From assembly GCA_965221505.1 (NCBI GenBank), contig CBDCSI010000002.1, positions 522,052 to 586,051 on the forward strand: DNA of 64,000 nt. Reading direction: 5' to 3'. Under the pieces are notes generated by a model. That model made no database searches and was not told the origin of the DNA. It worked only from the letters and a program-made list of their open reading frames with translations. Source of the stretch: Rhodobacterales bacterium. Its GTDB lineage: Bacteria; Pseudomonadota; Alphaproteobacteria; Rhodobacterales; CAZPXZ01. This document shows, one piece after another, positions 18,610 to 27,133 of this stretch. The position numbers and the translations under genes were made by a program. Positions within the stretch are counted from its first letter, which is position 1, and the number at the start of each line of letters is the position of its first letter.

Positions 18610-19398
18610 TCATGTCGACGTTCTTGTAGGGTCTTCGCCTCGTACGAGTCTGTAATGCCGTTCCTCCACGACACGTACCTCATCGCCCAGCCGGGCCAGT
18701 TCGAACAGTGCCACACAGCCGTCGCCCATGAACTGCACAGACACCGCGCGGCACGTAAGGTGGGGAAATCTCTGCTCGGAAAAGCGAATGTCCTGCGTCG
18801 TCTGCACTACGCTGACCTGATCCGTACCGCCCTTTGCCTGAACCGGAATGACGACACGCTGTCCGTCCTTGTCGATTCCGACATACAGTTCGTCTATTTC
18901 AATCTGACCCAACCCCGTTACCGTCGTCCGCAGGTGATTCTGAAGGCTGTAGGTCGTCAGCCCGAGGAAAACGTCGATCAACCGATTGTACCGAACGATC
19001 GCAAGGAGCGACTGCTCGTCATTCAACGCATACTCTCGGATCAGCCCCGGCGTGGCATCCGGAATGCGAACCACATCGAGTCCCTCTTGCGGGACTACGC
19101 GTGTATTGGCCACAAGCCTGAAGCGATATCGCCCAAACCCGGCGCCTTCGATTATCCACTCGCGATTCCGGACTTGAGTATGACGAATCTTCTCGGGTAG
19201 CCTCTTCCTGTATCGATACGCGTATACGACGTCTCCAATATTCTTGACTGGCGGTATACCCAGAGCGGCAGCGCCCTCCGAAAGTTCGTCACGCGAAAAC
19301 TCGAACTCCGTAAGACCCTCGTCAAAATTTTCGAAAAACACTTTCTCAATGAGCGCGTCATATCGCCGTTGAGAATCAGACATGGGCAACGAATCCAC
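18610..19398 (-). CDS. Putative type II restriction endonuclease (partner of the upstream C5-methyltransferase)
   Basis: Overlaps the methyltransferase 3' end in the same operon. Candidate PD-(D/E)xK-like region EIDELYVGIDKDGQRVVIPVQAKGG. Alternative ATG start at 19383. Family not recognised. Confidence 0.6.
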   Translation of the reverse strand: MDSLPMSDSQRRYDALIEKVFFENFDEGLTEFEFSRDELSEGAAALGIPPVKNIGDVVYAYRYRKRLPEKIRHTQVRNREWIIEGAGFGRYRFRLVANTRVVPQEGLDVVRIPDATPGLIREYALNDEQSLLAIVRYNRLIDVFLGLTTYSLQNHLRTTVTGLGQIEIDELYVGIDKDGQRVVIPVQAKGGTDQVSVVQTTQDIRFSEQRFPHLTCRAVSVQFMGDGCVALFELARLGDEVRVVEERHYRLVRGEDPTRTST

Positions 19399-20707
19399 CG
19401 ATGCGCTCGCGTTCGATATCCTCTTGCTTCCGTTTTTTTACGCCGCTCCTCCGATCTCGGCGCCCGGGCGGCGGCGCGACGCCAAAATACCCCGCCGCGT
19501 GAGAACGGTCCAACGAGAGGAGCGACGCATCCCCTAGACGGATCGGCTCTTCCGGTCTGTCGGGAAGACATCCCAACGCCTCGGCAACGCTACCCGCTAC
19601 GGCTCTCGCTAGCGGCGGGGGAACCGCGTTCCCGATCTGTCGTGCGCCGTGCCACTTCGTGACATGAAAACGAAACCAATCCGGAAAGCCGTGCAGCCTC
19701 GCCATTTCGCGCACGGTTATGCACCGATCGAATTTGTAGTGTATCGGTCGAGGACTGGTAAAGGCGCCTCTCGCTCCGTCCGTTCCTGCCCGCAGCGTGT
19801 TGGACACGCCTGCTTCGGCGAGCCTATAGAACCTGCTGATCGGCTCCACCGTCCCTGGCTCAGTTTGGCCAAACCGCATATGCGAAATAGCCGTGTGCGC
19901 TGTCCTGGCGCTCGACGTCATGACGCCGGAGTCCCAATCTCGTATGTAACCGAGGTGCCACGAATCGTCCGTAAGGCACCGAAGTCGGGCCGCATAGGGT
20001 GACGGCTCGCCGTAGTCCCGCGTAGCGACAGCGTCGGACCGTTTAAGCGCCTCGAAGCGATCTGCGTCCGGGAGATCGCCAATGGCGTCCTCACAGCATA
20101 CCCCGTCGGGCAAGCCTTCGTCGGAGCTTCGCCTTCCTGCAATGTTGGTCGACGGAGTAGGGTACTCCGGTATGGCTTCGCCTTTCCTCGCACCGAGTAT
20201 GAACAGTCGCTCCCGACTCTGCGGCGTGTCAAAGTGCCCCGCGTTCAGGACTTGCCACGGAAGCCGTACGTCGTAACCGAACTTCGCAAACTCGCCCAGG
20301 AACTCGTCCAGGAACATCCGATGTTTGCCGACGGTCAAGCCCTTTACGTTTTCGAACACGAACGCCCGCGCTTGAAGATCGACCACAATACGGACGAATT
20401 CGCGAACCAATCGATTGCGGGGGTCGTCCAGCGCGCGCTGCCCGATAAGCGAAAATCCCTGACAAGGGGCGCCGCCGAAGACGCAATCTATGCTGCCTCT
20501 CTCGACCCCTGCTGCCGCCAGGATTTCTTCCCCGGACACGCTCTCGATCGCGTTGGGGATCATCGCAGTTTGAGGAAAGTTGTATTTGTGGGTCGCGCAG
20601 TGCACAGGGTCCACTTCTACGGCGGCCGCTATATCGAAACCGGCCTGTTCGAAACCCAGGCTCAACCCGCCCACGCCGCAGAACAAGTCTATCCCGATCG
20701 GTCTCAT
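19376..20707 (-). CDS. DNA (cytosine-5)-methyltransferase
   Basis: Motif I DLFCGVGGLSLGF, motif IV GGAPCQGFS, motif VI ENVKGL, motif X RQIGNAVPPPLA. Confidence 0.9.
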   Translation of the reverse strand: MRPIGIDLFCGVGGLSLGFEQAGFDIAAAVEVDPVHCATHKYNFPQTAMIPNAIESVSGEEILAAAGVERGSIDCVFGGAPCQGFSLIGQRALDDPRNRLVREFVRIVVDLQARAFVFENVKGLTVGKHRMFLDEFLGEFAKFGYDVRLPWQVLNAGHFDTPQSRERLFILGARKGEAIPEYPTPSTNIAGRRSSDEGLPDGVCCEDAIGDLPDADRFEALKRSDAVATRDYGEPSPYAARLRCLTDDSWHLGYIRDWDSGVMTSSARTAHTAISHMRFGQTEPGTVEPISRFYRLAEAGVSNTLRAGTDGARGAFTSPRPIHYKFDRCITVREMARLHGFPDWFRFHVTKWHGARQIGNAVPPPLARAVAGSVAEALGCLPDRPEEPIRLGDASLLSLDRSHAAGYFGVAPPPGRRDRRSGVKKRKQEDIERERIGGFVAHV

Positions 20708-21861
20708 CCCCTGCCTTTCGCCCTTCTAATATTCCTTCGACGGAGTAATGACAGTTCTCAGTCTCTGCAATTCGCGACTGATGACGACAGACAAAACTCC
20801 CGATTCGCGAGAAGCGGCGTTCGAGACCGGCGGTTGCGCGTTGCGAAGCTGCGAGCGCCTCGCCCGACGCATCAAACGCTCGCCTAGTCTCTCTCGCGTT
20901 CCTCGCTCCCTTTTCAGTTAGGTTCGAACAGTCGAGAGTCCACTTGGGCAATCTCGCCTCAATACCGTCATGACCGTTCCGAGACCGGCCGTGAGCGGAG
21001 ACTGTCCAGCACCTACGCCCTCTCCAGGGAACGCCGACTTCCCGCTCCCCGATCCGACGATGCTGTCTGGCGACTTCCTCACCTCCTCGCTTCCCGGACC
21101 GTATCGCGATCCCTCCTTGGGGTCAATCCGGGGGCGCCGATCCGGCCGGCTCCTGGTCATGGGTAGAACTCGCCCTGTCACGATTCAGCCTGGGAACTGG
21201 CCTTCTCGGCCTCGCCAAGTCTCGTCTTCCTGCCGGACGAAATCGACTGTACCGGGAAGCCGCCCGAGCATGGGACGGCGTTTGCGCAAAATGAGCCCTC
21301 TCAGCGGGGCACCCTCTGTTCGACCCACAGGACCTACGCGACGGCAGAGGCCATTTGGGTGCGCGGTCGCGGACCGCACCGGCCGCAGAGCACGGCCGAA
21401 GGGGAACATTCACGTATCTCAGCGGGGCAGAACGCTGAGTTCGGTCGGGGTTCCGCATCTGGATGAGAGCGAACGAGTGCGGACCACGCCGACGCTCCGA
21501 CTCTCGTTGCGGATGCGCAGCCAGAGCGATCAGCGCTCCATTGACAAGAGATTCGCGACAGACGGGCCGGCCGGACCGAGGGCGCAAGCGAAGACGGTCC
21601 GAGCGTCTCCCGCTCCAAGCCGGGGAACGCGACGACCTCGCAAGAGACCGGCTGATTCCCAACGCCGGACCAGTCCCTCGTCCGTCGACGGTCAACCCTG
21701 CCGCGACCCTCTTCCCTGCAGAAAGCGGCAACGGAATCTTCGACAGCGGTTCCGTCCTGCATCCGCGAGCGAGCGGCCCTATCATGCTGCAACTGCGCGA
21801 GGCGTACGCACTGCTGACTGGCGCCGGACAGGTTCGAGTGTCGCTCGGAGGAAAAAGATTC

Positions 21862-22824
21862 ATGTTTGTCGTCTGTGGGGAGGCGCTCTGGGACCTGTTC
21901 GCGACGGAACGGGAAGACGGCCTGACGTTCGAAGCGGTCATCGGCGGATCGCCGCTTAACGTCGCGCTGGGCCTTCGCAGGCTCGAAGTCCCGTCTGCGT
22001 TGCTCACAGGCCTCTCGACCGACCGGCTCGGCGAGCGAATTCTCGACGTTCTGAACCGCGAGCGGGTGGACACCAGTCTCCTGGTGAAAATGACCAATCC
22101 GACCACCCTGTCGCTGGTCGACGTAGGAAAGGACGGCTCGCCGGCCTACGCGTTCTACGGCGAGGCGGCGGCCGACCGCTCGCTTCGGAGCGAGGATCTG
22201 CCGCCCTTGCCGCCGGAGGTCTGGGGCCTGCATGCCGGATCCTATTCCCTGGCCGTAGATCCGGTCGGCTCCAGCCTCCTGGGTCTCATGCGGCGCGAAG
22301 CGGGACGCCGCCTGATCACGATCGATCCGAACGTCCGTCTGAACGTCGAGCCGGACGTTTCCGTCTGGTGCGAGCGCATCGAGGATTTCGCGGCAAGCGC
22401 GGATCTGGTCAAGGCCAGCGTCGAGGATCTCGAACTGCTCTATCCGGGCGTACCGCACGACCGGACCGTCCGTCGCTGGCTGGATGCAGGCGTCACGCTC
22501 GTAGTGCTGACGCAGGGCCTCGAAGGGGCGACGGCGTTCGGGCCGTTCGGCCGGGTCGAGGCAGGAGGCAGGTCGGTCGAAGTGGTCGACTGCGTCGGAG
22601 CCGGGGACGCGTTCCAGGCAGCCTTGATCGCCGGGTTGGAGGCACGCGACGCGACAACTTCCGAAGCGTTGCGGTCGCTCGGCGGGGACGAAATGGCGGC
22701 CCTGCTGAAATTCTCCAACGCGGCCGCCGCCATCGCCTGCAGCCGGCGCGGCGCAAACCTGCCGACGCACGCGGAAGCGGCGCGATTCGCGCTGGATTCG
22801 AACCGACGTCCATCTCGCGTGTAA
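21862..22824 (+). CDS. frk: Fructokinase (PfkB family)
   Basis: MFVVCGEALWDLF...IGGSPLNVALGL and DCVGAGDAFQAAL. GGAGGA lies 9 nt upstream of the ATG. The track ORF start at 21463 is an upstream shadow. Confidence 0.8.
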   Translation: MFVVCGEALWDLFATEREDGLTFEAVIGGSPLNVALGLRRLEVPSALLTGLSTDRLGERILDVLNRERVDTSLLVKMTNPTTLSLVDVGKDGSPAYAFYGEAAADRSLRSEDLPPLPPEVWGLHAGSYSLAVDPVGSSLLGLMRREAGRRLITIDPNVRLNVEPDVSVWCERIEDFAASADLVKASVEDLELLYPGVPHDRTVRRWLDAGVTLVVLTQGLEGATAFGPFGRVEAGGRSVEVVDCVGAGDAFQAALIAGLEARDATTSEALRSLGGDEMAALLKFSNAAAAIACSRRGANLPTHAEAARFALDSNRRPSRV

Positions 22825-22863
22825 ATCGGATCCGCCGCGCCGCGCCGGACGGCGGCACTCCAA

Positions 22864-24333
22864 CTACGACGCCAGATACCGCCGAATCGCCTCCTCGGAA
22901 CCGTGCTCCCACACGCACGCCAGCGCCTTGACGAACGCGTGCGCAAAGCGCTCGTTCTCGCCCGTATCGCCGTAAATCTGACGCAGGCCGAGCCACTTCG
23001 ACGGATCGTCCCGCGCCTGTCGCGCACGCTCGACCAGCGATTCCCACCGTGTATCGTTGGGTTCGATCGTCGCGCCGGCCTCGTCGAACCCGGCGCAATA
23101 CCGGCACCAGAGCGCCGACGACAGCGCAAGCCCTTCGACCGGACCGCCCGCAGCCAGATTGTCCCGCACGGAAGGAACGACGAACTTCGGCTGCCGGTCG
23201 GAGCCGTCCTGGCACAGTCGCCGAACGGTGTCCGCGATGCGCGGATTGGAGAACCGCTCCCGAATTCGGGCCTCGTATGCGACCAGGGATACGCCCGGAA
23301 CCGCACCGGTAATCGGAACGATCTCGTCCCGCTCGACCCGGGCGAGAAACGCGCCGATCGAGGTGTCCGCCATGGCATCATGGGCGTATTCGATGCCGCG
23401 CAAGGCGGCCGGATACGCCATCACCGCATGCCCGCCGTTCAGGATGCGGATCTTCATGTTCTCGAACGGCGTCACGTCCGGCACGAACTGGACGCCGACC
23501 CGCTCGAGGTCCGGACGCCCGGCGGAGAAACGGTCCTCGATTACCCATTGCCGAAACGGTTCGCAGAACACCGGCCTCGAATCGTCCACGCCAAGCCGGT
23601 CCCGGAGGTCGGTCCGCCGCGCCTCGGTGGTCGCCGGCGTGATCCGGTCGACCATGGCGTTCGGAAATCCCACCCGCTCCGCGATCCAGTCCCCGAGCCC
23701 GCGATCCTGACCGGCGGCGATTCCGACCACCGCGGCCCGTGCCGCTTCGCCGTTGTGCGGAACGTTGTCGCAGGACATGACCGTAAAGGGCATCGCTCCC
23801 GCCTCGCGGCGGGCCCGAAGCGCGGCGACGACCATCCCGAATACCGTTGCTGGCCAGCCGGGCGCGGCAATGTCGGCAAGGATCTCCGGGTGTTCGGCAT
23901 CGAATGCGCCCGTCCCGGAATCCTGGTAGTAGCCTCCCTCCGTCACCGTCATGGAAACGATCCGGATTGCGGGGTCCTCGAGCGCTTTCAGAACGGCGAC
24001 CGGCCCGCCCCCGACCGGCAGGAAACCGGCAAGGGAACCGACGACCCGCACGGATTCCTGCGTTTCGTCCTGTTCGACGAGCGAATAGAGCCACTGCTGC
24101 GATTCCAGCCCCTCCCGCATTCGCGCGTCGGCGGGCATGACGCCTGCCCCGAGAACCGCCCAGTCCGTGCTTCCCCCGCAAGCGAGGAGCTCGTCCAGGT
24201 AGGCGGCCTGGTGCGCCCGATGGAAGTTCCCCACCCCGAAATGCAGGATGCCCGGGATGAGGGAGGCCCGGTCGTAGGCCGGGACGGAAATTTCGCCGGG
24301 CAATTTCGGCAGCGCCGTCTCCGAGAGTCGCAT
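22864..24333 (-). CDS. mtlK: Mannitol 2-dehydrogenase (long-chain mannitol dehydrogenase family)
   Basis: ILHFGVGNFHRAHQAAYLDELL and family-typical length (489 aa). Directly downstream of smoS. Confidence 0.85.
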   Translation of the reverse strand: MRLSETALPKLPGEISVPAYDRASLIPGILHFGVGNFHRAHQAAYLDELLACGGSTDWAVLGAGVMPADARMREGLESQQWLYSLVEQDETQESVRVVGSLAGFLPVGGGPVAVLKALEDPAIRIVSMTVTEGGYYQDSGTGAFDAEHPEILADIAAPGWPATVFGMVVAALRARREAGAMPFTVMSCDNVPHNGEAARAAVVGIAAGQDRGLGDWIAERVGFPNAMVDRITPATTEARRTDLRDRLGVDDSRPVFCEPFRQWVIEDRFSAGRPDLERVGVQFVPDVTPFENMKIRILNGGHAVMAYPAALRGIEYAHDAMADTSIGAFLARVERDEIVPITGAVPGVSLVAYEARIRERFSNPRIADTVRRLCQDGSDRQPKFVVPSVRDNLAAGGPVEGLALSSALWCRYCAGFDEAGATIEPNDTRWESLVERARQARDDPSKWLGLRQIYGDTGENERFAHAFVKALACVWEHGSEEAIRRYLAS

Positions 24334-24336
24334 GGT

Positions 24337-25110
24337 TCAGTTCATCCAGTTGCCGCCGTCGACGTTATAGGTCTGGGCGACGATATAATCCGCGTCCGAC
24401 GAGGCCAGAAACACTGCCATCCCGGCCAGATCCTCGGGAACGCCCATCCTTCCGTACGGTACCTCGGCGCCAACCCGGCGTTTCTTCTCGCCGATCTCGA
24501 GACCCTCGTACTTCGCGAACAGCGCGTCGACCTGCGCCCACATATCCGTGTCCACCACCCCCGGCGCAATGGCGTTCACGTTGATGCCGTGGCGAATGAG
24601 GTCCAGCCCGGCCGATTGCGTAAGGCTGATCACGGCCGCCTTGGTCGCGCAATAGGCCCCAACCAGCGCTTCGCCTCGCCTTCCCGCCTGGCTTGCCATG
24701 TTGACGATCTTTCCGCCGTGGCCCTGCGCGATCATCTGTCGCGCGGCGGCCTGCAGCGTGAACAGCGTTCCGGCGACGTTGACTTCGAACAGCCGGACGT
24801 AGCTCTCTCTCGTAATCTCGACGATCGGCGCGAGGTCGAACACGGCCGCGTTGTTGACGAGGACGTCGAGCTTTCCGCTGTGCGCGACCACGTCGGCGAT
24901 ACACTGATCGACGCTTTCCTGCCGGCTGACGTCCAGCTCCAGCGCGTAGGCGGCGTCCCCGAGGCTTGCCGCGGTCGCCCGGGCCGCCTCCGCATCGATG
25001 TCGGCAACCGCCACGGTCGCGCCCTCCTCGACGTAGCGGGCCGCAAACGCCCTGCCAATGCCCGACGCGGCCCCGGTGATTAAGGACGACTTTCCCTGAA
25101 GGCGCTTCAT
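24337..25110 (-). CDS. smoS: Sorbitol dehydrogenase (SDR, SmoS/PolS type)
   Basis: From MKRLQGKSSLITGAASGIGRAF to YNVDGGNWMN it follows Rhodobacter-type SmoS along its whole length (recalled from memory, not searched). The longer track ORF starts are unlikely. Confidence 0.85.
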   Translation of the reverse strand: MKRLQGKSSLITGAASGIGRAFAARYVEEGATVAVADIDAEAARATAASLGDAAYALELDVSRQESVDQCIADVVAHSGKLDVLVNNAAVFDLAPIVEITRESYVRLFEVNVAGTLFTLQAAARQMIAQGHGGKIVNMASQAGRRGEALVGAYCATKAAVISLTQSAGLDLIRHGINVNAIAPGVVDTDMWAQVDALFAKYEGLEIGEKKRRVGAEVPYGRMGVPEDLAGMAVFLASSDADYIVAQTYNVDGGNWMN

Positions 25111-25589
25111 CGCACGGCCTCCGCCGGCCCCAAGGTTCTGCACATCGCTCCCTCCTCGTCTTGCGAAGTCCACGCGACCCGGGCGTAAGTGTAGAACTGC
25201 ACGCCTGAACGCGCACCCCGAAGACCCGAAGTCTCCACGCCAGTGCCGCAGCAGGTCTGCAGAATCACCGCATCCGGAGGCGGGTCAGACCGCCTCAACT
25301 ACAAACGCGACCCGCCCGAGCCAACTCGATGCAGCGGATTCGGGAACGTTTCGTGCCTAAGCCAAACGTTGCCAGACACCCTCGTCCGGCTCCGCCGATG
25401 GGTGCCCCGTCGGCCATCGAGCCACAACAGGGAGGAATTGGCCTGCACAACCGATTCCTGCCGCTTCGCTACGGCCTGAAATCGACGATCGCGTCCACAC
25501 GACGCCCGCTCCCCAAAATAACATGCGGATCGCGTACAGGCCAAGCTGGTCGGTTGACGAGAGCGGATTTCAACTACTATCCTCTCGTC

Positions 25590-25904
25590 ATGAGATCCGT
25601 CGGGCTAAAGCGTCTCAACAATCGGTTGAGCAAGTATGTTCGTCTCGCGGCGTCGGGCGAGACGATTCTCGTAACAGACCGGGACCGCGTGCTGGCGGAG
25701 CTCGTCCCACCGAGGGAGATACGGGAACCGGCTCTAGCCGATGCCTCCCTGGACGCCGCGGTGCGATCAGGCGTTCTGGCCGGGCCGGCCCTGTCCGGTA
25801 GTGCGCCGCCGCCTAGACCGGAGCCGGTTGCAACGCTGGAAGAGATTCTTGCGGAGCTGGATGAGGATCGGCGTGACCGGTGTTCTATCTCGATACGTCG
25901 GTAG
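25590..25904 (+). CDS. Type II antitoxin, Phd/YefM-like (VapB role)
   Basis: MRSVGLKRLNNRLSKYVRLAASGETILVTDRDRVLAELVP. Overlaps the downstream PIN gene by 25 nt. Confidence 0.75.
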   Translation: MRSVGLKRLNNRLSKYVRLAASGETILVTDRDRVLAELVPPREIREPALADASLDAAVRSGVLAGPALSGSAPPPRPEPVATLEEILAELDEDRRDRCSISIRR

Positions 25905-26275
25905 CTCTCGCCCACCTCCTCGCTGAGAATCGCCAACCTCCGGATACTCTGTGGGAGAAAGCGCTTGTATCCAGCCGGCTTCTCGAATACGAACTATGGA
26001 CCCGGCTACACGGCCGTGGCTTGGCGGCGTCCCATGGCGAGGCGGCGCGCTGGCTGGTCAGACGAGTAGCGTTGCTGGAACTCACCCAGCCGGTACTTTC
26101 GCGTGCACTGTCCGCCTTTCCTGTGACGCTCCGAACCCTTGATTCCCTGCACCTCGCGTCGTGCTCCTATCTGGCAGATCGCGGTTACCTGATATCCCTC
26201 GCGAGCTACGACCGGCGGATGAACACGGCCGCCATTGCTATGGGGATTCCGCTCGTCGAACCGGAAGCAACGTAG
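25880..26275 (+). CDS. vapC: PIN-domain toxin VapC
   Basis: GTG start. FYLDTSVALAHLL (first acidic residue), then LDSLHLASC. Length 131 aa. Confidence 0.8.
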   Translation: MFYLDTSVALAHLLAENRQPPDTLWEKALVSSRLLEYELWTRLHGRGLAASHGEAARWLVRRVALLELTQPVLSRALSAFPVTLRTLDSLHLASCSYLADRGYLISLASYDRRMNTAAIAMGIPLVEPEAT

Positions 26276-26478
26276 GCTGAAAGCTGGCCAGCGGTAGCGT
26301 GTTGCCCCTCCACGCGCATCTCCGAATTCGTTGCCGGATGTGTACGCACAAGGCCTGCCGACATCCGCTTGGGAGGGCGACGGCATGAATTCGATACTGC
26401 GTCGGCGTGTTCGCGGGTACTTCGGACCGAAGCGCCGTCTCGGGCTTTGAACGCTCGGCCCAATCGATCGGGATGAGG

Positions 26479-26910
26479 TCAGGCAGGTTTCTCGAACCTG
26501 TCGCGAGCAGGGACTTTCGCACCGTCAGTCTGCGCCACGACTAGAATTTCGGTATCGGTCGTCGAGAGTCTGGTTTCGCAACACGCTTCTGCATAGAAAA
26601 GAGATGCCGGTATCCAGCGCCGCAACTTGCCACATTCGTCCAAGGGCCGGTTCCCGATCACAGTAGACCTCGCCAACATTCGCGTGACGGCCGTTTCGCG
26701 AACGCACGCCATACCGTCGCAGGCGCCAGCCAGTCGTCCCAACTCGGCAGCAATGACGCCCGGATCCAGACGTGGGACGATCGCGTCAGCCGTTCTCTTT
26801 GCGCCGACATGTCGGCCCGGATCATTGGGATCGGTTATTTCTCTCGCGTGAATTTGCAGGGGATGCTCCGGCTGCGGTCCCCCGAATTCTCCGGGTACCG
26901 GGGACAGCAT
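26479..26910 (-). CDS. Hypothetical protein (family not recognised)
   Basis: 143-aa ORF in a stretch that looks low in GC. Its composition is not Arg/Pro-shadow-like. No motif recognised. Confidence 0.35.
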   Translation of the reverse strand: MLSPVPGEFGGPQPEHPLQIHAREITDPNDPGRHVGAKRTADAIVPRLDPGVIAAELGRLAGACDGMACVRETAVTRMLARSTVIGNRPLDECGKLRRWIPASLFYAEACCETRLSTTDTEILVVAQTDGAKVPARDRFEKPA

Positions 26911-27133
26911 GAGCGGGAGGCCGGCTTGCTACGGAACGAAGGCGAGCTTCGCCCCGGGTTTCCGTTTCCGTTCGGACCGGATCTCATTCGGGGTCGAAAT
27001 TCGGACCGACGAGGACAGGGATGCGGTACTGCTCAAAACTCTCTGCCCCCGTGTTCGATAACGGGATCGGTATGCGCAGCCAAGAATCCTGCCAGTCAGG
27101 TTGGCCCTTGGACGCCACGCTTCCGGCCAAGCG

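Larger units (their letters stand above)
16501..21861. mobile_element. Decayed genomic island: integrase remnant plus defence cargo, lying between two PfkB kinase genes
   Basis: GC looks lower by eye. Contains a frameshifted P4-like integrase, an AbiL-like ATPase, a type II R-M pair and about 1.1 kb with no credible ORF. Boundaries were not defined; no att repeats were identified. Confidence 0.45.
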
